A DNA stretch of 64,000 nt, from the sequence record KY555145.1; one strand, given 5' to 3'. How positions within the stretch are numbered: the stretch's first letter is position 1; every line of letters starts with the position of its first letter. Under the pieces are notes generated by a model. That model was not told where the DNA came from, ran no database searches, and was given only the letters and a program-made list of their open reading frames with translations. Positions 7,450 to 16,771 of the stretch are shown here, in pieces. Both the position numbers and the translations under genes were made by a program.

Positions 7450-8465
7450 CCGACTTCCCGATCATCCGCGCCGCCATCTCGCCCCGCCGGGCCGCCCAGT
7501 TCGACGCCGCCCTGGCGAACGTGAAGGCCTTCACCGAGGAAGGCGTCCTGATCAAGGCCGAGTGGAACGACATCAAGGACACGTTCAGCCGCGCGATCGC
7601 CGAGACCTGGGACGCGTTCAAGGACAAGGAATACTACCCCCGCGCCCGCCAGGGCGAGCACGAGAACGTCGGCAAGCTCTACTGGGAGCTTCTGAGCCCC
7701 TACCCCCATGTCCTGGCCGGCTATCTGAAGAAGGCCCAGAACGCCAAGAACATCGAGCCGGCGATCCTGCGCGATTTCCCGATCGCCTTCTTCACCGAGG
7801 CCCTGCCGCTCAACGACATGCTGGTCGCCCTGAAGCCGCTGATCGGCAAGCGCGCGCCGAAGAAGACCAAGGTCCAGATCGAGCGCGAGGGCAAGGAGCG
7901 GACCTGTCAGGTCTGCGGTCGCGGCATCCTGGCCGAGAACGGCCGGATCGCCCACCACGGCTATCAGCGCCCCGGCATGGGCTATCAGACCCCCTCGTGC
8001 AGCGGCGCCCTGGAACTGCCCTTCGAGATCAGCCGCGACGCCTTGGGCGCCGACATCGAGAACCTGAAGGCCTACCGCGCCCGCCGCCAGACCTATCGCT
8101 CCGACGTCAACCTGGAACTGGTCAGCCTGCCGGTCAAGTATCAGGTCTCCGAGCAGGACCCGCGCCGCGCGCCGGGCTTCAAGCACGTGGTCGACAAGAT
8201 GATCCACGTCACCCGCGCCGACTGGGACGCCCAGAAGGCCGAAACCCCCGAGGCCTTCGCCGGCAAGTACGGGCCGCGCAAGCCCAACTACACCTACGAG
8301 CCCTTCACCTTCGACGCCCTGAAGACCCAGGTCCTGGGCATGGTCGACGGCGAGATCGAGTTCATCACCGGCACGATCCGGGCGCAGCAGAAGCGCTATG
8401 ACGACTGGAAGCAGACGATGGAGTTCGTCGACGGCCAGTATCGGATGCTGGAGGTCGCGGCTTGA
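7446..8465 (+). CDS. 339-aa hypothetical protein with probable Zn-binding motif
   Basis: TTG after AAAGGAG; CQVCGR...HHGY...PSCSG. Confidence 0.8.
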   Translation: MTDFPIIRAAISPRRAAQFDAALANVKAFTEEGVLIKAEWNDIKDTFSRAIAETWDAFKDKEYYPRARQGEHENVGKLYWELLSPYPHVLAGYLKKAQNAKNIEPAILRDFPIAFFTEALPLNDMLVALKPLIGKRAPKKTKVQIEREGKERTCQVCGRGILAENGRIAHHGYQRPGMGYQTPSCSGALELPFEISRDALGADIENLKAYRARRQTYRSDVNLELVSLPVKYQVSEQDPRRAPGFKHVVDKMIHVTRADWDAQKAETPEAFAGKYGPRKPNYTYEPFTFDALKTQVLGMVDGEIEFITGTIRAQQKRYDDWKQTMEFVDGQYRMLEVAA

Positions 8466-8650
8466 CTATCACTGCCCACGCAGAATCCGTCCTGGCGCTC
8501 CAGGCGCAGGCCGCCGACACCCTCAATCGGGTGATCGGAGAGCGCAACGCCGCCACGGGCGCGAAGAAAACGCGCCTGCGCCGCCTGACCCTGATCCTTG
8601 AAGACGTGATGGGCGCCTGCAACGACGCCGTGGAGGAGATGCGCCGGTGA
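8462..8650 (+). CDS. hypothetical protein
   Basis: 4-nt overlaps; GGAGG upstream. Confidence 0.65.
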   Translation: MTITAHAESVLALQAQAADTLNRVIGERNAATGAKKTRLRRLTLILEDVMGACNDAVEEMRR

Positions 8651-9042
8651 TCTTCAGTTCCAAAACCCAGCCCCACTGCCGCTGCTGCGCCAAGCCGATC
8701 AAGAAGCACACTCGCCGCCACTATTTCGGCTCCAGGGAAGCCAAGGACAACGGCTGGTCGCTCGACCGGATCGAGACCCCGATGTCGGAGGACGAACTGC
8801 GCCGGCTGGTGAACGGTCATATCGTCTCGTTCGCCTGGAGCCACGACGTCACCTACGACGCCAACTACAAGGCCGTGCGGAAGAAGACCCACATCGCCTG
8901 GGCCAACGTCTGGGACGGAGAGACCTACGAGGACGGCTATTTCTGCACCCTGCGATGCGCCGCCGCGTTCGGGAGCATGGTGGCCGAGCACTATCCCGAT
9001 ATCCACACCCAGGCCTATGCCGACTTCAAGGGCAAGCGATGA
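8647..9042 (+). CDS. hypothetical Zn-finger-like protein
   Basis: CRCC...FCTLRC; GGAGGAG upstream. Confidence 0.75.
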   Translation: MIFSSKTQPHCRCCAKPIKKHTRRHYFGSREAKDNGWSLDRIETPMSEDELRRLVNGHIVSFAWSHDVTYDANYKAVRKKTHIAWANVWDGETYEDGYFCTLRCAAAFGSMVAEHYPDIHTQAYADFKGKR

Positions 9043-9761
9043 ACGACGAGATCAAGAGAACCCACGAGGCCTACGGGACCATCGGCTATAGCCACACCCA
9101 GGGCGACACCGATCTGGTCGGCGTCGACTACGCCCAGGGCCACTATGTGACCCTGACGATCAAGACGGCCGTCGCCTATGAGGGCGAGACCCATGACCGC
9201 TTCCACGGCGACAAGTACATCTGCAAGGTGGCGATGAGCGAGGTCCAGTGGGCCGCCTTCATCGCCAATCCGAACCGGGGCGACGGCGTGCCTTGCACCT
9301 TGCAGTTCTATCGCGATCCGCTGACCGGCGAGACCAAGCACCCAAAGTATCATCGCGAGCAAATGACCCGCGTCGAGCGCACCCGCGAGGCCGTCACCGC
9401 CCGCGCCAAGGCCCTGTCGACCAAGGTCAAGGAGGCCCAGGCCGAGCTTCAGAGGTTGATGGACGGCGGCCCGATCAAGAAGGGTGATCTGAAGACGCTC
9501 AAGGACCTGCTCTACTTCGCCAACCAGGACATGGAGTCGAACCTCGGCTACTTCGTCGAGCGGGTGGAAGAGACCATCGACAAGGCGGTGGTCGACGCCA
9601 AGGCCCAAGTCGACGCCCATCTCGACTTCGTGGTTCGCGAACTGGGGGTGCGGGCTCTGGGCGCGCGGCTCCAGGAGGCCATCGACGCGGGGCATGATCC
9701 TGGCTCCGTGGGGCAGGCCCTGATCGGGCTCGTGGCGCCGCCGGAGGCAGACCCGACGTGA
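9039..9761 (+). CDS. hypothetical protein (MNDEIKRTHE...)
   Basis: ATGA overlap; 240 aa. Confidence 0.8.
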   Translation: MNDEIKRTHEAYGTIGYSHTQGDTDLVGVDYAQGHYVTLTIKTAVAYEGETHDRFHGDKYICKVAMSEVQWAAFIANPNRGDGVPCTLQFYRDPLTGETKHPKYHREQMTRVERTREAVTARAKALSTKVKEAQAELQRLMDGGPIKKGDLKTLKDLLYFANQDMESNLGYFVERVEETIDKAVVDAKAQVDAHLDFVVRELGVRALGARLQEAIDAGHDPGSVGQALIGLVAPPEADPT

Positions 9762-10003
9762 GCCGCCGGTTCCTCAACCGCTGGGCCGAGGCGGTCGACG
9801 GCTCGCCCCAGTCCAAGCCCTTCCGGACCAAGGGCCTGTCGTTCGCCCATGCCCGCAGGACGGCGCGGGAGACCCAAGGGGTCGTCGCCGTCGAACACCA
9901 AGAACCCGTCAGCGACGGCTCGCCCAACTGGGCGGTGATCGAGCGCTGGGAATTCTATCCCGACGGCCGTGAGCGCCGCACCCTCAAGCTGGAGACCGTC
10001 TGA
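9758..10003 (+). CDS. hypothetical protein
   Basis: GTGA overlap; GGAGG upstream. Confidence 0.7.
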   Translation: MSRRFLNRWAEAVDGSPQSKPFRTKGLSFAHARRTARETQGVVAVEHQEPVSDGSPNWAVIERWEFYPDGRERRTLKLETV

Positions 10004-10004
10004 C

Positions 10005-10502
10005 ATGACCCGCAGCACCGCCGACATCATCGCCCGCATCAAGGTCCTGGAGGAGGACCCCACCGACTTCTTCGGCTTCCAGGCCAATGATCTGGTCTGC
10101 TACCTGCCGTTCGAGGCCGCCAAGCCTTGGCTGAATGAAAACGCAACGCCCGAGGTCTGGACGCCCAACGTCAACACTCCCGAGGCGATCAAGCAGGTCA
10201 TCCTCGACTACATGGAGTTCGCCTGGGATAAGGCCAACAACCGGCGCGGCCTGTCGGCCGGGCGCTCCCTCGACCACATGAAGGCGTGGCTCTGGATGCT
10301 GGACGAGGACGCGGCCTGGGTCGCGGCCCTGAAGCTCTCCGACTACACCCACTACGGCAAGCCGCAGCTTCGCGCGATCTGCAAGCGTTTCGGCTGGGAC
10401 TGGACCGCCTGGGACGACGGCGCCTGGGGCAACAGCGAACACCGCGAAATCGACGTCAGGCCCGAGGACGTCCCCGAGGTCGGGATCGTCGAGACGGCCT
10501 GA
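10005..10502 (+). CDS. hypothetical protein (MTRSTADII...)
   Basis: ATG after GGAG. Confidence 0.8.
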   Translation: MTRSTADIIARIKVLEEDPTDFFGFQANDLVCYLPFEAAKPWLNENATPEVWTPNVNTPEAIKQVILDYMEFAWDKANNRRGLSAGRSLDHMKAWLWMLDEDAAWVAALKLSDYTHYGKPQLRAICKRFGWDWTAWDDGAWGNSEHREIDVRPEDVPEVGIVETA

Positions 10503-10524
10503 GTCCTTTCCTGGCGCGAAAGTG

Positions 10525-10571
10525 TTGACAAGGCCCTCGGACCTCCTCTATACCCACGCTCGACGACAACG
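10525..10571 (+). promoter_or_regulatory. sigma70-type promoter with CGACGACAACG leader
   Basis: TTGACA-18-TATACC-6-CGACGACAACG followed by AGAGGAG. Confidence 0.8.
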
Positions 10572-10583
10572 AGAGGAGTTCCC

Positions 10584-12344
10584 ATGGCCGAGACCATGTC
10601 CCTGAGTTTCCGGATCGAAGGCGCCGCCCTGGTGGAGCGGGCGCGCGATCGCGTCATCGAAGGTAACTGGGAGCACGGCCTGCGCATCCTGGTCGAGGGC
10701 CTGCACGGCATGTCCTACGAACTCGCGATCGACATCCTGCTTGGCAAGCACACCCTGGGCGGCTGGTCCTCGGACCCCGAGGGCGTCTATCTCACCGACC
10801 AGGACCCGGAGGACGAGACTTTCAAGCGCTACAAGGAAACCCTCGACTACCAGTTCGCCGGCGTCTTCAAGCTGGACGACGGCCGGATCATGCGCCCCTA
10901 CGCGGTGGTCGACAGCTTCTCCAAGATCGACTTCGACTCTAGGGTCCGCTTCCTGCGGCTGGCCCAGGGCTCGGACCCGGTGTTCTCGCGCCCCAAGCGC
11001 TATCACGACCCCCGCGCCGAGATCAACGGCGAGGAGATCGACTGGGCCTATCGCGCCCTGCACTACGCCGACGAGCCGACCCAGGACATCGTCCGTCTGG
11101 TCCGCATGGAGGGCTTCCACCCCACGATCCGCGCGGCGGTCCTGTTCAAGGAAGTCCGCGACTACCCCAAGCTCCTGCTCCCGAAGGTCGAGACCGACGC
11201 CCAGAAGGCCGTCGACGTGGCGATCAAGGCCCAACGCGGCCTCTCCAAGCGTGGGCACGTCTACGAGTACGGCGCCGGTCAGGACTTCGACAAGGAGCAC
11301 TACAAGACCACCATGGGGATCGATCAGGTCCCCACCGCGTGGTCCGTGCGCAATCCGAAGTACGTCGATCCCGACGCCAAGTTCGTGAAGGACACCCTGG
11401 CCGAGATCGACGGCGACAAGCGCCCGGCGCCGGCCGGTGATTACGCCGGCGCCATGAACCGGATGATCAAGGATGAGATGGACGGCGGCATGGACATCAG
11501 CGCGGCCGTCGCCATGACCCAGGCCAAGATGGCGCTGCTGGGCGGCATGGCCGAGGACCCCGAGCAGCGCCTGCGGGCGATCAACGACGCCTACGCCGCC
11601 AAGTACGAGAAGGCCGAGGGCCGCAGCGTCGAGGAGTACCGCAAGGCCATCATCGCCCAGGCCGGCGATGACTTCTTCGATCTCGCGTACACGGATGTGG
11701 ACGGCAAGGAGGTCGTCCTGAAGGTCCCGACCGCGCCGTTCGAGCAATGGGCTCTGTGGCGCACCGCCGGCGCCCATCTGGCCAAGCCCTGGAAGCGGGT
11801 GACCTACACCGGCTTCAAGACCTTCGGCGATGATCCCTACCACACCGACTGGGTGCTGGGCGCGGGGCTCAACCCCGAGGACTGGCCGATCATCGAGGCC
11901 GACAATCCGCCGCTCCACAAGGCCGCCTGGGACAAGCGCTTCCGGGTCGCCGAGGAGAAGCTGGGCGGCAACATGCGCGTCCTGCTCGGCAAGGGCTACG
12001 TGACCGGCAAGATCGTGATGCTCAAGCCGGGCGAGGCCCTGTCGCCGGGCGAGATCGGCGTGATCCGCAACGCCGGCCCTGACTACGTCCAGGCCGCCCA
12101 GAGCGCCATCGAGCACAACTCCGCCTTGATCTGCGAGAACGGCGGCAGCGTCGCCCACCTCGTGGTCGAGTACCTGGACAAGCCCCTGCGTCTGGCGCGG
12201 ATCGAGAACGCCCGCAAGATTTTCAAGGACGGCATGACCGTCTACCTCGACTTCGACAAGTCCACGCGCGAGATCGGCAAGGGAAGCCTTGGCCCGAGCC
12301 CGGCGGACCTTGGACTCGATACACAATGGGAGATTTTCGAATGA
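10584..12344 (+). CDS. 586-aa protein with C-terminal PEP-utilising-enzyme mobile (His-swivel)-like domain
   Basis: C-terminal GYVTGKIV...PGEIGVI...SALICENGGSVAHLVV...IFKDGMTVYLD follows the swivel-domain pattern; His codon at 12156. Confidence 0.7.
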   Translation: MAETMSLSFRIEGAALVERARDRVIEGNWEHGLRILVEGLHGMSYELAIDILLGKHTLGGWSSDPEGVYLTDQDPEDETFKRYKETLDYQFAGVFKLDDGRIMRPYAVVDSFSKIDFDSRVRFLRLAQGSDPVFSRPKRYHDPRAEINGEEIDWAYRALHYADEPTQDIVRLVRMEGFHPTIRAAVLFKEVRDYPKLLLPKVETDAQKAVDVAIKAQRGLSKRGHVYEYGAGQDFDKEHYKTTMGIDQVPTAWSVRNPKYVDPDAKFVKDTLAEIDGDKRPAPAGDYAGAMNRMIKDEMDGGMDISAAVAMTQAKMALLGGMAEDPEQRLRAINDAYAAKYEKAEGRSVEEYRKAIIAQAGDDFFDLAYTDVDGKEVVLKVPTAPFEQWALWRTAGAHLAKPWKRVTYTGFKTFGDDPYHTDWVLGAGLNPEDWPIIEADNPPLHKAAWDKRFRVAEEKLGGNMRVLLGKGYVTGKIVMLKPGEALSPGEIGVIRNAGPDYVQAAQSAIEHNSALICENGGSVAHLVVEYLDKPLRLARIENARKIFKDGMTVYLDFDKSTREIGKGSLGPSPADLGLDTQWEIFE

Positions 12345-12637
12345 GCGAGAAGTGGCAACCGGTTGAGGAAGCCGGCAATAACCTCTCCGGCTGGAACGTG
12401 CGCTCGGCCCAGATGGCGGTCGCCGGCGGGACCCTCTACCGGACGATCGTCTCGCGCGACAGCCAGGGCGCGGCGCCGGCGGTGAGCACCACCTTCGTCC
12501 CGAACGCCCCGCCGCAGTTCACCGTCCAGGTCACCGACGAGGACCTCCGTAGCCTTGCCGAGTGCAAGGACGTCGCCAGGGCGCGCAGCCTGTTCCGGGG
12601 CATCATGAAGGCTCACGGCCTGGAGATCATCGCCTGA
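12341..12637 (+). CDS. hypothetical protein (MSEKWQ...), similar to 3762..3941
   Basis: ATGA overlap; AVAGGTLYR...TTFVP motif. Confidence 0.75.
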   Translation: MSEKWQPVEEAGNNLSGWNVRSAQMAVAGGTLYRTIVSRDSQGAAPAVSTTFVPNAPPQFTVQVTDEDLRSLAECKDVARARSLFRGIMKAHGLEIIA

Positions 12638-12861
12638 TGCCGCTGTTCGAGCTTTCCGTCACCGCGATCCATCGCGACACCGTCACGATTGAAGCCGATA
12701 GCGAAGCGGAGGCCCGCACCCGCATCCTCGAAGAAGGCTATGCCAACGGGGACGATATCAAGTCGGTTCACCACGATGTCGATCCCGAAATCGAGATCGG
12801 CGACGCGCGCGATGTGACGGACGAGCAATGGATCACCAGCACCTCGGACGAGGAGGACTAG
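12637..12861 (+). CDS. acidic hypothetical protein (MPLFELSV...)
   Basis: TGATG overlap. Confidence 0.75.
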   Translation: MPLFELSVTAIHRDTVTIEADSEAEARTRILEEGYANGDDIKSVHHDVDPEIEIGDARDVTDEQWITSTSDEED

Positions 12862-13368
12862 ATGGCCGACTTCAGCCGCGCCCGCCGGTCCATGGAGACC
12901 GCCGACCTGATCGAGCGCCTCAAGGCCCTCTACGACCTGGAGGACGCCCGCGACATCCCGGACGAGGAGACCAAGAGCGCCTTGAAAGAGGCGGTGGTCC
13001 AACTTGGACAATTGTACGAGCAGGTCGAACTCGGGGAGACCCTCCAGAAGTCCTACCAGAACCTGATCAACTACTACAAGACCGACGCCCTGGCCTCGTC
13101 CCAGGAGCCGGACTTCAAGCGCGCGGCCTGCGAGCTTCACCTGATCGAGTCCTACCCGCCCAGGCTGCGCCTCGCGGTCGGCGGCTTCCGCAAGGCCATG
13201 GACGAGCAAGGCTTCCTGACCGGCGAGACCGGACGGGCGATCAGCCGGCTGATCAGCAAGCATCTCGACCACGATCTGGCGGGGCTGCTGGGGTCCGAGA
13301 TCAATTATTACACGCGTAAGGCTATCGCCGCCTTGCGGGGGTTGGCCCCCGAGGAGCCCAAAGCATGA
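12862..13368 (+). CDS. hypothetical protein
   Basis: GAGGAGG RBS. Confidence 0.8.
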   Translation: MADFSRARRSMETADLIERLKALYDLEDARDIPDEETKSALKEAVVQLGQLYEQVELGETLQKSYQNLINYYKTDALASSQEPDFKRAACELHLIESYPPRLRLAVGGFRKAMDEQGFLTGETGRAISRLISKHLDHDLAGLLGSEINYYTRKAIAALRGLAPEEPKA

Positions 13369-13937
13369 TCGATCCGAAAGCCAAACTCGCTGACCAAGTC
13401 GCCGGCCTCGGCCGTGACGGCGCCCGGCTCTGCGCCGAGGTGCAGGAGCGCTGCACCAGCAACATCGCCGACTCCGTCCTGGAATTCGTCGCCAACGCCG
13501 AGACGATCATCGAGCGTCAGCAAAAGCGCGTCGATGAACTCCAGGTCTCGACGGCGCGGCGGATGCACGTCGAGCGGGCCTATCTGCGGGTGATCCAGGA
13601 GTTCATCGCCGCCAAGCGCCTGCCGAGCCTGACGGCGTTCCATGATGCGGTCGGCATGCTCCAGGCCCAGACCGAGCAGATGAACGGCGACATCGAGCGG
13701 CTCGCGACCTATCTGCGCCAACTGGACCGCCGCACGATGGACCCGAAGATGAAGGACCTCGTGGATCACCTGGACTTCTACATCTTCCACGAGTTGATGC
13801 GGAAGATTCACTACATCGAGCATTTCGTCCTGCGGGACGCCCGCCTCGCCCTGGTCAGCCTGACCGAGGCCGACTTCGGGCGGATGGGGCTGGGCGAGCG
13901 GCCCGAGCCGCCGATCAGCCAGGATATGCCGTCATGA
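13365..13937 (+). CDS. hypothetical coiled-coil-rich protein
   Basis: GAGGAG RBS, ATGA overlap. Confidence 0.8.
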   Translation: MIDPKAKLADQVAGLGRDGARLCAEVQERCTSNIADSVLEFVANAETIIERQQKRVDELQVSTARRMHVERAYLRVIQEFIAAKRLPSLTAFHDAVGMLQAQTEQMNGDIERLATYLRQLDRRTMDPKMKDLVDHLDFYIFHELMRKIHYIEHFVLRDARLALVSLTEADFGRMGLGERPEPPISQDMPS

Positions 13938-14164
13938 TCGAGCACGTCTGGCGCCGTGATCCGCGCGGGCCTGCCTATGGCTTCCAGCGCCTGGACCTGG
14001 ACGAGGCCTTGAAGATCGTCGCGGCCGAGAAGCAGGACTTCCTCCTTCATCTGGTCGCGGTCCTGCACGAGAACAACCTCCTGCGCGACGCCGACGTCAT
14101 GGAACTGCTCGGCAAGGGCTGGGCGCTCGACTCCTACGATCTCCACCACATCGACGACGATTAG
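13934..14164 (+). CDS. hypothetical protein
   Basis: ATGA overlap. Confidence 0.75.
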   Translation: MIEHVWRRDPRGPAYGFQRLDLDEALKIVAAEKQDFLLHLVAVLHENNLLRDADVMELLGKGWALDSYDLHHIDDD

Positions 14165-14167
14165 GCG

Positions 14168-14213
14168 TTGACAACACTCTCGCGCCAACATAGAACCGCC
14201 CTCGACGACAACG
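14168..14213 (+). promoter_or_regulatory. sigma70-type promoter with CGACGACAACG leader
   Basis: TTGACA-17-TAGAAC-6-CGACGACAACG followed by AGGAGG. Confidence 0.85.
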
Positions 14214-14224
14214 AGGAGGCTTCG

Positions 14225-14608
14225 ATGAAGCTCGCGACCCAAGACCGCACCGACCCGCGCCTGAACGCGCGCTACCGCCTCGCCAAGGCGGTGTTCTACT
14301 ACGGCGGCCCGCACGAGTACCCGATCCACCTGAACGACTGGTGGAACGAGGTGACGCCGGCCGACGTCGAGGACCGCATCTCCGAACTCTGCCGCGAACT
14401 GTCCAAGCTGTCGGGCCGGACCCTGGCGCCGGCGACCTTCTACGAGCGGATGAAGCTGGGCTTCGTCGACCTCCCGGAAGTGAAGGACGAGGACTTCGCC
14501 GCCCTGTCGGAGACGACCCGCAACAACCTGCTCGCCATGCAGGATCGCTTCTCGGTCCACGGCAGCGGCTTCATGCTCTACTGGAACATCGTGAAAGAGG
14601 AGGCCTGA
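14225..14608 (+). CDS. hypothetical protein (MKLATQD...)
   Basis: ATG after AGGAGG. Confidence 0.8.
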   Translation: MKLATQDRTDPRLNARYRLAKAVFYYGGPHEYPIHLNDWWNEVTPADVEDRISELCRELSKLSGRTLAPATFYERMKLGFVDLPEVKDEDFAALSETTRNNLLAMQDRFSVHGSGFMLYWNIVKEEA

Positions 14609-14611
14609 GCC

Positions 14612-14971
14612 TTGGACCACAACGACCCCGCCAAGCCCTTGTGCAAGATCGCCGTCCTGGCCGGCCCTCTGTGGGAGGTGGACACCGACAACTGCGAGAC
14701 CCTGCTGGTCCCGGTCAAGGATGTTCCCCACCCCTGCGCCGAGAACTTCCAGGACGAGATCGACATGGCCTTGAACATGAGCGGCGAGGCCATGGACTGG
14801 CGCCGCGTCGAGGGCTTCGCCGCCGTCCTGCGCGACCCGCGCGGCTCGGACATGTCGCCCGTCGAGGGGCCGTTCGCCAGCGCCGAGGAGGCCTTCAACT
14901 ACGTCAAGGACCAGTGGAGCGACCGCATCCCTGGCTCGATGGGGCTGGCGCCCTACGAGGCCCCGCAGTGA
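14612..14971 (+). CDS. acidic hypothetical protein
   Basis: TTG after GAGGAGG. Confidence 0.75.
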   Translation: MDHNDPAKPLCKIAVLAGPLWEVDTDNCETLLVPVKDVPHPCAENFQDEIDMALNMSGEAMDWRRVEGFAAVLRDPRGSDMSPVEGPFASAEEAFNYVKDQWSDRIPGSMGLAPYEAPQ

Positions 14972-15237
14972 TCAAGATCACGCGCCGCATGACCTGGGCT
15001 GACGCCGGCCGCTGCTCGAAGACCGACTGGACCGCGTGGCTCATCCCAGCCGGCCCGCTGATCGCGGCGCTGCCGTTCGCCGCCCTGACCGGCGCGTGCC
15101 TGTCGATCAAGGACCCGACCCACACCAATCTGGCCATCGCCTTGCTGCCCGGCGCGGCGATGCTCTTCAACGGCTGGATGGCGACGTTCGCCTTCGACCA
15201 GTTCCTGCGTGGGCGGGCCGGCGAGGAGGTCCGCTGA
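14968..15237 (+). CDS. small membrane protein (about 2 TM)
   Basis: GTGA overlap; hydrophobic segments WLIPAGPLIAALPFAALTGACL and LAIALLPGAAMLFNGWMATF. Confidence 0.7.
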   Translation: MIKITRRMTWADAGRCSKTDWTAWLIPAGPLIAALPFAALTGACLSIKDPTHTNLAIALLPGAAMLFNGWMATFAFDQFLRGRAGEEVR

Positions 15238-15238
15238 C

Positions 15239-15667
15239 ATGAAGCTCTTCATCATCATCCTGGCGGCGATCCTGTGGCTGGGCGACACCGCCCGCGCCCA
15301 GTCCCTGCCGTTCCGCCTGACCCAGCCGCTGAACTACGGCAGTGATCTCCACTACACCGAGACGCGCGACGCGTCCGCCTCGCGCGAGCCGCTCAAGCGG
15401 GTGATCGTCGACCTGTCGCGCTCGCCCACGGTGGTCATCGAGCGGGCCTGGACCTATGCCGAACTCGCCGGTGCCCAGACGACCTGCGGCGAGATCGTCC
15501 TCAACGGCCGTCGTCAGAGGTTCGTCCTCCAGGAAGGCCCCAAGACCGCCGTGATCGGCCCGGCGGTGCCCGCCTACTTCTGGTCGCTCGACGTGCCGGA
15601 CTACCAGTTCCGCAACGCCGGGTGCCTGCGCGACCGCGCCGCCCTGATCATCCCTCCGAGGTTCTGA
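15239..15667 (+). CDS. putative exported protein with Sec signal peptide
   Basis: MKLFIIILAAILWLGDTARA/Q; GAGGAGG RBS. Confidence 0.75.
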   Translation: MKLFIIILAAILWLGDTARAQSLPFRLTQPLNYGSDLHYTETRDASASREPLKRVIVDLSRSPTVVIERAWTYAELAGAQTTCGEIVLNGRRQRFVLQEGPKTAVIGPAVPAYFWSLDVPDYQFRNAGCLRDRAALIIPPRF

Positions 15668-15683
15668 TCCTGGCGTTCTTGTG

Positions 15684-15730
15684 TTGACAAGGCCGGCGCC
15701 GCTGGCCTAGAACGTCGTGGACGACAACAG
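15684..15730 (+). promoter_or_regulatory. sigma70-type promoter with GACGACAACAG leader
   Basis: TTGACA-18-TAGAAC-6-GACGACAACAG followed by GAGG. Confidence 0.8.
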
Positions 15731-15738
15731 GAGGGACC

Positions 15739-16095
15739 ATGCCGCTCTACGACTTTCCGACCGGACCGACCACGATGGAGGACATCGAGGCGTTCGTCGC
15801 CGGCGCCCAGGCGGTGGTGACCGCCCAACTGGCCAAGGCCTTTCCCGGCGTGTCCGCGCCGGTGCTGGAGATCGCGCCGGTTCACCCGAGCAGCCAGTTC
15901 GCCAAGATCGTCGCGGTCGACGCCAGCCAGCGCTCGGCCTGGGCGTTCGTCCGGCTGGAGAACGGCCTGATCTACAAGCCCTCGTCGTGGAAGGTGCCGG
16001 CCAAACATGCGCGTGGCACGATCCACACCGCCGCGCACGGCGCCGAGTACGTCGACTGGACCGGCCCGCGCTACGTGAAGGACCTGCGTCGATGA
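15739..16095 (+). CDS. conserved phage hypothetical protein (KPSSWKVPAK motif)
   Basis: AGGAGG RBS; FVRLENGLIYKPSSWKVPAKHARG resembles a widespread phage family. Confidence 0.8.
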   Translation: MPLYDFPTGPTTMEDIEAFVAGAQAVVTAQLAKAFPGVSAPVLEIAPVHPSSQFAKIVAVDASQRSAWAFVRLENGLIYKPSSWKVPAKHARGTIHTAAHGAEYVDWTGPRYVKDLRR

Positions 16096-16358
16096 GGAAC
16101 TTCTCCGTTCTCCTGTCGCTGCATGACGAGCGCCGCCTCTACGTGGTCGAGGCGTCGGACCCCGGCAAGGCGGTGGCCTTCGCCAAGCGCGTGGCGGCGG
16201 CGCACGACACCGTCGGCTCCAACTGGGAGATGGAAGTCGTCTTCCACGGCGCTTCCTACCTCGCCATGAAGGGCGCTTCCGTCAAGGTCATCGATCTGCG
16301 CTCCAGCGCGCAGGAACAGGAACCGGTGCCGCACGCTCAGCGTGGGGGTGGCTGCTGA
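16092..16358 (+). CDS. hypothetical protein (MRNFSV...)
   Basis: ATGA overlap. Confidence 0.7.
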   Translation: MRNFSVLLSLHDERRLYVVEASDPGKAVAFAKRVAAAHDTVGSNWEMEVVFHGASYLAMKGASVKVIDLRSSAQEQEPVPHAQRGGGC

Positions 16359-16771
16359 TGCGCGTCGAGGATGGAAAGGCCATCGTCGATGACGTCTGGG
16401 CGGTGGTCAAGGGCCACCTGCCCGGCGCCATCCATTTCGTGCGCCTCAACTGGGCCGGTCGCCTGCTGCACGGCGGCGACATGCTCCACTACTGGGGCAT
16501 CCAACAGCCGACCCAGATTCCCGGCGTCGCCTATGTCTGGGACGACGAGACCAATGACGGCCCGCTCGGAGGCTGGATGGGTCCGGAGACCAAGATCATC
16601 GCCCGCTTCGCCGACCAGCGCCAGGGCCTGGACGTCCTGCGCGCGGCGATGGAGACCAAGGCGCGCTTCGACGCCCTGGTCCGCCAGGGCGAGGACCTGC
16701 TGCTCGCCCTCAAGGTCCAGCGTGACCAAGCCCTGTTCGCGGCCCTGACCCAGGGGGTTTCCGAGGCATGA
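16358..16771 (+). CDS. hypothetical protein
   Basis: TGATG overlap. Confidence 0.75.
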   Translation: MRVEDGKAIVDDVWAVVKGHLPGAIHFVRLNWAGRLLHGGDMLHYWGIQQPTQIPGVAYVWDDETNDGPLGGWMGPETKIIARFADQRQGLDVLRAAMETKARFDALVRQGEDLLLALKVQRDQALFAALTQGVSEA

